Assembly: GCA_002633005.1 (NCBI GenBank)
Contig: NMRA01000174.1
Location: forward strand, 576,853-640,852
Direction of reading: 5' to 3'
Length of the DNA: 64,000 nt
From: Phoronis australis
Lineage: Eukaryota; Animalia; Phoronida
How positions within the stretch are numbered: the stretch's first letter is position 1; every line of letters starts with the position of its first letter. The position numbers and the translations under genes are program-made. Under the pieces are notes generated by a model, which did no database searches, had not been told where the DNA came from, and was given only the letters and a program-made list of their open reading frames with translations. Shown here piece after piece: positions 1 through 12,600 of the stretch.

Positions 1-649
1 TCTGGATCCTTTCAGAGCTTGTAACTCAAAAATCGAACAAACACAAATGATGTGAATAATATAGAACTTCCGTCATTATTCATTTGTCTTTCTTAGAAGA
101 GTTGGCTAAGATGGGGCAGTAACTTTTGAAATCTCTGTGAGACATGCAGGTGCTGAATTAACATGTAATTTGGCATAAGGTGTATTTGCTTCAACTTCCA
201 ATTATGATGTTACAAAATGTTTTGTCTATTAGTAACTTAGTTGATAAAAGCACACTGTAATTTGTTTTGATGGCGATGATCGTTGAACTGTCATATAGTC
301 TGCTTGTTGAGCATCAGTTGTTAAACAGTGGTTACGAAAGAAATGAACTCGAGAGTTCACAACGAAAGTAGTCAACAAAATAATAGTTCAATCTAAAAGA
401 GCAGGTCCAATTTCTGGCAGATACTGATGATTGCTTTTTGATTGATGGTTGAATAAATCACCAACATTTTTAGTCCTGCAACATCCAATGTATGAGAAAG
501 GTCTTACTGTTTTATAGATTAAACAAGTCATTAATTTATTAATAATATTTTTACTATAATATCAATGGAAACAGTCATCAGTATAACAAGAAAACTTTGT
601 GAGTTCTCTGCTATACATATTAATGTCTTAATTGACATAATACTTTCAG

Positions 650-3600
650 CACAATCGTTCTAAGAAGGGCGTGGTTGAGACCTTCACTATCAATCCTAAG
701 TGTGTTAAACTGGGTGAACTCTATGGTGAGACAGACCCCAATACATTTGAGTGGACGGATGGGTTGATAGCCACAGCTGTTAGACGATTTGCACGTGAAG
801 CTGCCAACATTTCAGCCTCCAATCCATCTTTGGATGACCAGTCTCTTGGCACAGTCACTCCAGTGGCCTCTGCTTACGGAAGAGAGGTGTGTACTGTAAT
901 TTTATGGAAGGAATTGAGGAGAGATTTGAAGTGTATTCTTTACACATGTCGGAGTTATGTTTTTGTGACTTTTTTGAAAAAGCATTCTCACTGTTATAAA
1001 TGCACTACTGACTGGATTAAGACTTTGTGAATTCAATTTTGAAGAAAAAATTATATCATTTTTCACACTTACTTTGAGATCAAGCCATTATAAATCTACA
1101 TTTTAGTGTGCTCAAATGAAGGTGTCTTTGAACTGAAATTCACTAAATGTGCTTATAAATGATTGATTTACTAACATAAAGTCACATTTTCAACCGACTT
1201 TATTTTGGGTAAAACAATAAAATGTTTGAATTTTTAAATTGTGGTCACAGAAGATGTTCTGTTGCCATTCATAAAAGTGCAATCGTATGGTTAAATTGTC
1301 TGAATAGTTTGAGAGACAATTGTAATGTGAATGTTATCTTGCAGTCTCAACGGGCTAGCGCCAACAGTCACCATCCTACAGGAGCAGAGACACCTGTTGG
1401 CCAGCCCTCTCGCTCAGGCAGCACCAAACTATCAGAGTCGGCTGAGGACAGTGGAAGCGACCATGAGAGAGTGCCTAGTGAATGGCGCTGGTTGGTGCTC
1501 GATGGGCCCGTAGATACATTGTGGGTTGAGAATTTGAATACTGTGCTCGACGATTCCAAAGTTTTGTGTCTAGCCAATGGAGAGCGCATCAGTCTGGGTC
1601 CTGGAATGAGGCTTCTATTTGAGGTGGATAATCTGGTGGAAGCCAGTCCTGCAACTATCAGTCGTTGTGCTATGGTCTACATGGTAAGAGGGTGAAGTAC
1701 TTTTATTACTCATGAAGTGCTATTAAAATATCACGAACTGGTAATTGTCTATTTATCCAGCCACTCGTAATAAATTAGCTCTATCTGTCTGTATTTTTTA
1801 TCAGAATAGTTTAGCTACTACATGCTACAGTGCATGTTGTTTGTTTTACGTGTATGCATATTCAAGTTAAGATTTCATTAAACAAGCAGATCAGTAATTT
1901 TATGTCATGTTAAATTTCATGTTCATGAATAAAAACTGGCGAAAAGGGCACCATTTCTGGAAGGATTTAAGGGGGGTTATGCTTTGTAATTAAAAAGTAT
2001 AATTCAATAACTGTCAGTATGATGACTTCAATAGATGTTTTGGGTCCTATAGTGACTATTTTTTTTCTTTTTTTATTTCTGGTTCCCTTGGGATGTGTCA
2101 AAGTGAAATAATATGAATGGCTGTTTGTCTCTTTGAACTACTGTTAAACTTTTGTAATAAGTGCTTTATTTCATTATAACAAAAACAGAAACCATAGTTT
2201 GATGAAATTTGAGGTCACTTTAAAGCTCAGTTTTATTACAAAAAAGTTTTACATAAAATTATGAAGTGTCCCTACCTTAGCCTCCCTGTCAGAAACCTTT
2301 CTATAAATATTTCCTGCCTTCCAGGACCCTGTCGACCTTGGCTGGACACCCTTTGTTAAAACATGGATTTCTCGCCTTCCTCGTGATCTTCCTGAGAGTG
2401 GCCGTAACTTCCTGTTAGATATGTTCAACACATACCTGGAGAAGGGTCTCAACTTCTGGAAGACATACGCCAAGCACCAGCTGGTGCCTGCACCGGAGAT
2501 GAGTATCGTCATGAGTCTCTGTCACATACTATCTGCGTTTCTTGACTTCATGGACAAGAATGGTGGCTTTGGGCAGCCAGGTGAGCGATGGATAATGATG
2601 TGTTGGACTATACCAGTTAAGTTTGGTTAAAAAAGTACTCAGGTGTCCTGATGCCCTTTGCATTGCAGCAAGTCTTGTTAGGCCACAGCTACGGGCCCAT
2701 TGCACTGATGTTTTGATTATGGCTTTAGGATTTCTCAGCATTGGCTCCCCTTGGGAAAAGCTTCCAATATTCCCATGTTTCTCAGGAACCAATTTCCCGT
2801 GGTTGGTAAGTGGTAAGATGAACATTTTTCGGTATAGCATAGAATAGAGTGAACAAATGAAGTTTCACTTAAATGCCTTTCTCCACTGCACAATTTAGCC
2901 AAATGTCCTAAAATGCATTCTTATCAACCAGATAAAGAGCCTGTACAGACAGCCAGGCCGGGTAGTGGTGCTGGAAGTGATCGATCAAAGGGATCCAGCA
3001 CCAAGGAAGAAAAGAAGAAGGCAAGAGCTGCTGCCAAGCAGAAGACGAACCTTAAAACAATTGATGAGAGTGGGGCTAAGAAGACACACAATAAAGACCA
3101 GATGGGGTAGGTTGATGCTTGCAGATGAATTTTGATTGATGCATTGTCATCACTTGTTAGTGCTTGTTGTTTGTTACTACTTTAGCGCAAGTTGTTTGTT
3201 TGATTAAAAAACTCTGGGACCAAATGCCTCCACAAAAAGTTATGTAAACAAGTCTTATGAAATCAAATCTTAATTGTGAGAAACCCAGGTGCCGAATAAA
3301 TGTAATATTAAGTATATAAACTGACTTAATGCCCTCATTCAGGTCCATGTTTTCATTCATTACCTTGAGTGTCACCAGCATTACCTTGCGATACATTCTT
3401 AATTGACTTTTAATCCCCTGTTTTTAAATACTGTTTCCAGTTCAACAAAGCAGTACTACCTTCAGAAGAACCCAACCCAATTGATCAACATGCTTGGCAA
3501 GTTGTTTGTCTTTGCCTTCACGTGGAGTGTTGGGGCCACATTCAAGAGGAGTGAGGACCTGGATGATGATGGAGGACTAATAAGGAGGGACCAACAAGAC

Positions 3601-6600
3601 AAGGGGGCCAATGAGATTAATCTCTGTTATGAGTTTGACAGTTTTGTGCATGAGACATTTGAGACTCCACCCCCTTTTGGTAAGAGTTTTTTGTGAGATT
3701 GTTTTTAAAAGTTTTATCCACCTGCCTTATTTGACATTTCAAAATTAAACTTGATAGAGGCATCTTTGCCACTATTCAATTGATCTCAGCTTCCACTTTA
3801 TTCCGAGACAAATTAAAAGCAAAGTCAATGGGCTGAAAGCATTATGGTTGGTAGGTTATTCAGAATAGGCTGGCCAATGCTCAAACACTAGATGGAGCTG
3901 CTGGTTGATACAGTAGTGGTTTTAATAAATGACTAGTATGTTATTTTCATTTTTTAATTCTTTGAAAATAAAGTCAACTTGGTTGTATGAATGGTAGCAA
4001 TGTAGGGCGCAAATTCTGATTACTTGTGATCATCAATGTTTACTTGTCTTGTAAAGGTCTGATCTTAAAAGTTTTGCAAAACTTTACCAGAAATAAGTTA
4101 TAGATTGTGGGAAGCACCAGACATGTAACATTTGAACATTTTACTCTTCCTTCCTGGTTGGACTTTTTTCTATTTCGTTTGGTTTTCTCGTTTTTTTACT
4201 AGAGGTGCTGTTTCTTCAACAGGTGTCCGTCTGCCATCTGGTAACAAGACCATCTACAGTTATTTTGTTGACATGGAGTCATCTGCTTTTGTGCTGTGGG
4301 ACGACCTTGTACCGAAAACTAGGTCACTCATTGAGAAGGGAGCGATGATTTCCATGGCAGACGCAATGAGCGGTGGAGGAGGGGGGATGGACAAGCCCAA
4401 GCATGACTCCAACGAACTTGTCGTTACCGTAGATACCGTTCGCTACTCGTTTCTGGCCAGCCTGCTTCTATTGCAAAAAAACCCAGTGTTGTTGACTGGT
4501 AAGAATGTACCCAAAAATCTGCAGCTCTATTAGCTGTATATTGTTGTTATTTTGTTCAAAATTTTTATCATGTTTAAACTAATGTGGGATTTTCATAAGA
4601 AAAATTTTAAAAATAATCGTTGCTTTGACAACCATGATGTGTTTTTGACTATAACTTTTTGACCATTTCGTGAAACCTTATGAGATATTGACAAAAAACT
4701 GAGAGGTAGTGACTGTTTTTAATTATAATTTAACGGTGATAACCTTGTCACTGACAACATTGCTTTCTACAATGTTCTCAAAACATTCACGTTTTAACCT
4801 CTCTCTTTTAGCTCTCAAGTTTTTATTGTTACAAAAATTATATTATAATGCAATGTATTTTTGTTTTATCCAGTTGCTTACTTTTTACGACATTTTGTTC
4901 AGTATTGCACTTCCATTAGATAGTTCTGTGCTCTTCTACATTCAACAGGTGAATCTGGTGTTGGCAAGTCGGCCATTGTACATGACCTGCTAAAACGGCT
5001 CAGTCGAGAGGGTGGGACTACTTTCAAGCATGGTACAGTCCTGGGCAGTGTACTCAACTTTACAGACAAGAACGTCAGCCTGCTGGAGAACATCAGCAGT
5101 CTCACCAAGTCAGAGACAGATAAGAGTAAGTGATGGTCACTCTGTACAGACACCATTAGGTGTTAGAAACACGTCACCAGTATAACAAATTTTATTTAAT
5201 CTGAACTCTGTTCTGCAAATTTTACTGTTTGCCGCTTGTGTTTTATGAACATTATTGTTTATTTTGTATCATCAAATTTCCTTACATTAGGAATCCATTT
5301 CACGAAAATTAGTAACAGTGTCTTTACGTTATCACATGTTATGTTGCAATTGTTGAACTATGTTGATGTCATGCCTGCCATCAAACTTAAGACTTATGGC
5401 TTGTGCCACAGAATGGAAGTTTTCATCTTGTTCTGCAAAATACAATATGTTCACCTATTCCATCGTAAGCTTGTTGCACTATCAATACTAACATGGTAAT
5501 CTTCTGAGGTTGAATCGTCACGGTGAATATGAATTGCTTTCCATTATGACTGTCAGAGTTTAGCTTGAGTTTGGTTTGGCCAAAGTTGTGTAATTATGTT
5601 AGATCATCATAATGACGCTTTTGAAGGACTTATATATAGTGCTGCCTGACCATTTTAACTATACAGGCAGAAGTCCCCAGTATGTGTTGTCCATAGGCTA
5701 CAGCTCCATCCTGTTCACAGGGTGTAACAGGTTAACCAGTTGATGCTTGCTTCTTTACCGTATATTGTTTGTAAACTTGGATGACCTCTTCAGGAACTAT
5801 CAAGCTAACAGATGGATAGGACAATATTGTGCAGTTCACACTGGGGAGTTTCCATTCATATATTAGATGGATGTTGTCATTAGTTTCCAAGTTTTTGGAT
5901 GGCATAGTGGCAATTGGAGTGAAGATCAAACTGTCCTAATGTCCTTGAAAATATGGCTTTGTTTAAAAAGCATTATGCTTTTATAGTGACTTAAATTTTA
6001 AAAAAATCAAATTGTGGTTAAAAGTACTGTGTACAGTACAGTCACAGCAAAAATAAACACACAAGATAGTGTTCTCCATCTCAATAGGTTATGGTATCTC
6101 ATCGTAACTTGACGTTTCAGGTTGTGATTTCTTCACCCAACAATTATGGCAAGGAATTCCACTAACGCTCTTGTCATCATGACTGGGTTATTTTGTCGAT
6201 TCATTTTTTGCAGTTTGTTTTACATATATCTTTCATAGATGATCCTTTTTGGAAGAATTTGAGAAATCTGTTCTTGCCAACTATCCTAACATTACCTTGT
6301 GCATTGTTAAAATATTCTCTTTAGTGACATGACTTAACATTCCCTGAATGGTTTTTAATTGATTTTTTTCATGGTGGTTTAATCAAAGAAGTTAGAAACC
6401 TAAACAAGTCATACTATATGCATAGCACGATGTCTTTCTCTGGTGACAAACTAGATTAGTCATGGTTTACACTTTACCATGTATGATATATGACAACTTG
6501 TTTTTCCTCAGAACCAAGAAAAAATAAAGGTAACTTGTGTCTCCTCAGCTTATGTTGCATTTCCCAAATGTTTCCACAGAATATTGGAGTGTTTCATTGT

Positions 6601-9600
6601 TTCATCATTTCATGTTCAATTTCCCCCATATCCTTAACTAATCAAGTTCCATTTTGCCATCTGTTCACATTATTTAGGGATTTCGCAAGATATTTCATAT
6701 TTTTAAAATAAAATGCTTGAATTACTTTTAAAATTTACCACGCTGCAAGATAATTTGCAAAAATATTACTGAGCTGCTTGCTTTGAAGTCCTCTTTTCAA
6801 AATTCACATTAATTCGTGTGTTCTTTCTCTTTCATATCTGTGTTGATATTGAAAATCCCTCAGAAACTCTTGTGATACCCCTTTGAACTTCACTGCTTGT
6901 AATTCCAAGCTGCTTTTAATTATATGGCAAATCTAGAATCTAAAATTTTGTTTTGTATAGCTACATGATATATATAATTGTGTTCCATTTAAACTAGGTA
7001 CACTGTTGTCAAGGTGTTTGTTAAAGCTACATTCAATTTTTTCAGTAATGAAATAAAAAATTTGAAGTTATGCTTTAAATGTTGTATTTATTGAGTAGTG
7101 ATTGTTTTGAAATGACTAAATCTATTTTATTATTAACTGATTCATTGCTATATCTATCTCTGGATCACTTGTATCTAAAAGGTCAATGCTCACAATCTGA
7201 TGAGCTGTGTGTAACAATGTTTTAGAAATAATTCACAATGTGTGTGTCTCCTCTTCAGATGCAGAAAAAAGTTCAGGTAACTTCACTGGTGACCCTTTTA
7301 TCCCTGAATACTGTTGTTCACTGTACAAACTTGCATACCTGATCCTTTACACCTTTCGATATTTTTCAGTTCCATTATAGTCTATATTTGAAAATTAAGG
7401 TGATTGTCAACCTTCATCGATTTTGTTCCAAAATGCAATTTTCACATATTGTATGGAATATCTGTTTTTCATTACTATCCATAAAATATATTTCCACCAT
7501 CATTTATGCATGAAATACGGTAGTTGGTGAAAACAACTTCTACATGGCAATTCTTTACTGGCCATTTCAGGCCTTAAACTTCCATTTTTCTTTAGTGTGT
7601 GGGTCGATTTGCGTTTAATTCCGCAAACTTTCTTTCTGTTTTATAGCCAAAGGAATGAGAGAACCATGTCTCATTTTTTTTTTGTTTTCGTTTACATGGC
7701 AGGAGATATTGGCCGCCAAAAATGAAGACTTGGAACATTATTTAAAAGGGGACTTCAATATGTGACATCTGTTGTTTGAATGTATATAAAAACACAGTTC
7801 CCTGTGTGTTTACAGTAAGAATACATACTGGTAATTACAACAAAAAGTCTGTCGCAGTTTAAGTTTCAAAAAGATAATGTTATTGTTATAAATCATAGTG
7901 TGAAGTTTTGAAGCATGGATTAAGATTTTTCAGTCACTTTTTATGAGTTGAAAATGTTGATGAAACAGGACCGAACTTTGCGAGGGTTGACATTTACCTA
8001 GACTTAGTTATTAAATTATGTCAGGTTTAGATTAGTCTCATGTGCCACAAAGTATTTTGATTTTTTTTGTGTTTACATTTTTCCTCATTTCTCTGTATAC
8101 TTAACACAGTTATGTGCATTACTCCTTACACTCCATTTCTGTTTCTATGTTGGTCAACATACACCATGATATGTACTGGGGAATATTTTACGGCTGTTTT
8201 AAGTGACTACTATTATTAGGAAAATAGCAGTGTTTCTATTTTAAATTCATTTTGTTCATAGCATCCTATTACTTATACTTTCTTGTAAGCATATATGGCC
8301 AAACAGCAGGAATTGGTCCTGGTCATTTTACCTAACATCAGGTGAGGCTGGCGGTAAAAAAAGAAAGATCCTGTCCCATTTAAGCTGGTATGAGGTGACT
8401 TTTTTTAAAAATGTGGCAACTGAAAAACGTCGCAACTCCGCATCAGTTTAACAATAGTCCACAACCAATTGCACTGTTTTCTTTGGCCTAATATGTTCAT
8501 TTACTTGTCTACTCCTATTTTTCTCTTTTATTACATCCAGTGTTTGTTCAAGTTCTTGTATTCGTGTCTTCCTCAATGTAATACGATTGTTCATAGTTCC
8601 TGTCTAATGTCACAAAATTTGTAGTTAAGTTTTAGATTCTGATAGCTTACATTTTAATGTTTTTTCTTGATGTTGTTTAGTTTCCTTAGATGTTATATGG
8701 ATACTGTTGTATCCTTCCACTGGCCATCAGGGTTGGTTTATGTAATAAACATGATGAGGCGAAGACTAAAATCTTCAGATAATACTCTGTAATAACCAGA
8801 ATGCAACAACAGCCCACGAGACACAGCCTGTTCAAACGAAAACTAGCTGTGAAAAGACTGCCTCAATTTAAGGTTACGCAGGACCCTAGAAAAATGTCCA
8901 AATTTGGCCAAATTTGAGACATCATATCTCAGAAACTGCAGTGAGTGGAATCACATGAAAGTTTCAGATACTATTTTTTATGCATTGATCTCCAAAACTC
9001 TTTTAGGAATTGTTTTTAAAATGTCTCCTTTTTGCATGAAGGACTTTTAAACTAAAAAATAGGACTTATGATTTTCATGAAAAAACAAAATGAAATGATA
9101 TTTCAGAAATCTGTAACAGCGTTTTCAAGATCTCATCTTGAACATTTGTATCAAGTAAAATTTAATCATGTTATTGATACCATTGTTTTGGTATTCATGT
9201 TCCTTCCTTTTTTACTGAATTTTACTAAACAAACATGGTCATGTGACCCAATTAATAATAGATTGGATAATGGTAAAAAACAAATTTTACAGTCTCTACT
9301 TTCTGAAAATACATACTTTTCCTGATTTAAAATCTGTGGTTTTGTAGATATTAGGTTAAATATGCCCACAAGGTTCCACACAACCTTAACTACTACCCGG
9401 TAATTCATGGCTCACTGCGCACAGTCACAAAGCAGTGGTTCTGTATTGTATATTTTTGTCAGTGATTATTTCTGTATTTCAGCATCTACTTATTTCTCCT
9501 TTCAACTTCGTCCATTCTCTGTATGATTCACCGAAGCCCACCTTTGTTTTTCCATTTCTGAATGTGTGTTTTATATTTGTGTCTTGTGTTTTGTGGTTAG

Positions 9601-12600
9601 ATTCAGATGACTCAGAATTTCCAGGTAGTATGTTATGTGTTTTGCCAATGCGTACCTGTTATAACACCCATTTTCCATTCTTATCTCTTCACTCTTCATT
9701 GTTGCTGCATAAAAGTCATCAAAGTTGCTTAAGCCCATGTCATTTTATTCATGCGAATATTCATGAGAGGCAATACAAGGTTGTGATTGGTCAGTGCTCA
9801 TGCAAATGAGTCATGTGATGTAAATGATGACCATCTGATTTGTATCCATGCAAAGCAGAACATATGTTATTGCTGTCCAGTTCTGCTTAAAGGGGCATTT
9901 CACCACTGTTTAGCTGTCCATGTTGAATTCTTTTATGAAGTAAATTGGGGTTTAATAACGTTACCATGCTCATCCACTCTTGAATTATTGCCAAATGAAC
10001 TGGTACCCTAAGTTCCAGGTATTGCGTACATGTGCCATTTTTGAATTTATGATTTTATTGTTGACTCACCCCAATTAACTGAGAACATTTTCTTGAGTCT
10101 CGGATGGTTTCAATGTATTTGCTGGTAACGGAAGTAAAATCCTGTTATGGCGAGGAATAATATTACGAGGTCAGTTTTATGAGAGTAAAATGACCGATTC
10201 GATTTTCGTATTTAGTCAGCTAAACAGAACAAAATGCAGCTTTGAAATGAAATCTTGATTTGCCATTCATTGGAATTTCATTTTTTCCATGAATTAATAT
10301 GACGTTACGAATTAAAATTTTTATAAGCTATCAATTTCTACCGTTGACTGACTTTTTCAGGTGTGTGATATTTAAAATGAGTTCATTTTCTTTTATTAAG
10401 AAATGTCTTGCTTATGTTTATGAGCCTCTTCTCTATGCTGTTTCAATTTTCAGAAAGTTTGTGAATATCAAATTGTACCTTTGGATTTTCACTTTGAGAA
10501 AATTATTTCATTTTGAAATTACGTGTAACTAAGTTGTTGTTTGTTAACATTGAGTGAAATGCTTTCAGATTTTTAACATAAAAATCTATTGCATCGAGTC
10601 TTTATTTTCAGCTTTTTAATGATTTTAATAATCATTTTTATCCTTATTTACAGCTTTGTAATTTTAATTTCTTTTTTATATAATTATTTTCCCGACTTTC
10701 TTTGGAACATGTCTGGATTTGGCTTTTGTGTATTACAAGTTATTCAGGCCAACTTTTTGTAATTTGTGTTTACTTGAATTTATTTTATTAATTTTTGTAA
10801 ACAAACACTTAAGGTTATGTTATAAATAATGAACAAAATTTGTTGAGAAAATCAATGTTCACCCCCCAAAGTCATTTTGAAACTTTGAAATTTCAAAATT
10901 ACAAAATTTCGCAATTCATTTCACCTACAAAATTCTTGGATACTACAACATGAATGGACAGTTTTCCAATTGCAAAACAACTCTGTTACCTAAGCTTTAT
11001 GCATGTAAAAATAATGGAGTATTTTCAATCAGTTTTCGCTATTTAGTTATTGTCTATTTCATTAGTAATTTTTTAACAACACCAAGATTCTTTGCAGAGT
11101 ATGTGTATTCCCAGCCGCTAGTTTCTGATATCAGCTACCTTGGTATGTTCTAGAAATGAAGTTAATACGTTTTTCCTGCTTAGTGATATCTCTGTAATTT
11201 TGTTTGGCCTTTTTTATGTTCAGACGATGCCAAAGAGTTCCTGCTGGGTGGTCGTATTGAGGCCAAGCCACGTCACACTGGTGTGGTCAGTACCACACTA
11301 CAGTTCACAGCTCAGACAAGCTCGTCCAGGACTCAGGCTCAGATCATGTTGAAACTGATCAAGAAAGGGAGGGATCAGATGGGTGGACCAAAAGGCAGGA
11401 AGGTGAGGCTAGTGTCAAAATACTGGCAAGTTTTCCTCACACACCATAACACCTGTGGAGAAATAAACTTGCAAGGACAACCCGAAGTAATTTTTTTGAT
11501 GGTGACATTCTGCTCTCGTTGCATGATGGTGCAGTGATGTGGAATGAGGAATGCTAGCTTGCGATATCGGAAAACCAGATTCCAAACAAACCTCGTGCTT
11601 CTTAGGATGTCCATATGTGTAGCTTTGAGAGCAGTTGTTATTTTTGTCGCTTTGTCTAGTTATTTCATGAACTTGACTGAGTGAAATCTTTATATGGTTC
11701 TGTGCTGATTGCATTATTATGATCACAGTTTTATAACCTAAAATTAAGTAAATCTACTTCTTACTGGAGGGTTTTTTCAATGAAAAGTTGTGTTTGATGC
11801 GTCATTCTTTGTATTGTGTGTAATACCAAAATAAAGGAAAGTAAGCAAAAACTTGATCTCTGATTATGAAATGTTAAAAGATGTAGCAGTAGTGAGTGTT
11901 CATTCACGATTAAACAAATGTTTGATTACAATTTCCTTCAGATCATTGTGTTCTTTGATGACCTGAATATGCCGGCACCAGAGCAATATGGTGCCCAGCC
12001 TCCTCTTGAACTCCTCCGCCAGTTCTTGGATCACAGTGGCTTCTTTGACACACAGAAACTGGCATGGAAGAACATCATGGACGTCACTCTGGTGGCTGCA
12101 TGTGCACCACCTGGTGGTGGCCGCAACCAAATCAGTCCAAGGCTTCTGAAACATTTTTGGTATGTGTTGCAACATAAGTTCCCGAGTTGTTACCTTCTTC
12201 TTTCTTGTTTCTGGTTTTCTGTTATGGGATTCGGTTTGAGTATGGGAAAATAATTATGTGATGTATTTCGATGTTGTGCTTTGCAACAAAAATATTAGAT
12301 GTGCTGAGATGCACTTTTAGAATTCATTTTGTACTTAATGCAAGGTATGTTTTGAAACAAGCTGCATGGCTGTTGTGTTTTCACCATGAATTGTTTTGCT
12401 TTCTGTATCTTGATGTACCACTTTCACGGATTACACACACTGTATTGTACTGGTTATTTTTCAAGGTCCATGTCGTTTTAATGTCACATACTGCCCTGAC
12501 TGTGTTAATGAATAAAAATTGAATGTGTAGATTTCAAAGAAATGAAGTCTTTTGAAATTTGTCTGTTATTATATTAAGGTAAAAATTGTGAAGAAGATCA

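Noticed and set aside
5667-5730. Possible cassette exon ending aacag|gttaac
   Set aside because: The best acceptors give a frameshift or an in-frame TAG, and the donor is weak.
8290-8341. Extra cassette exon ending at the strong donor cag|gtgagg
   Set aside because: Available acceptors give 52, 35 or 32 nt, none frame-preserving. At most a poison exon, with no support.
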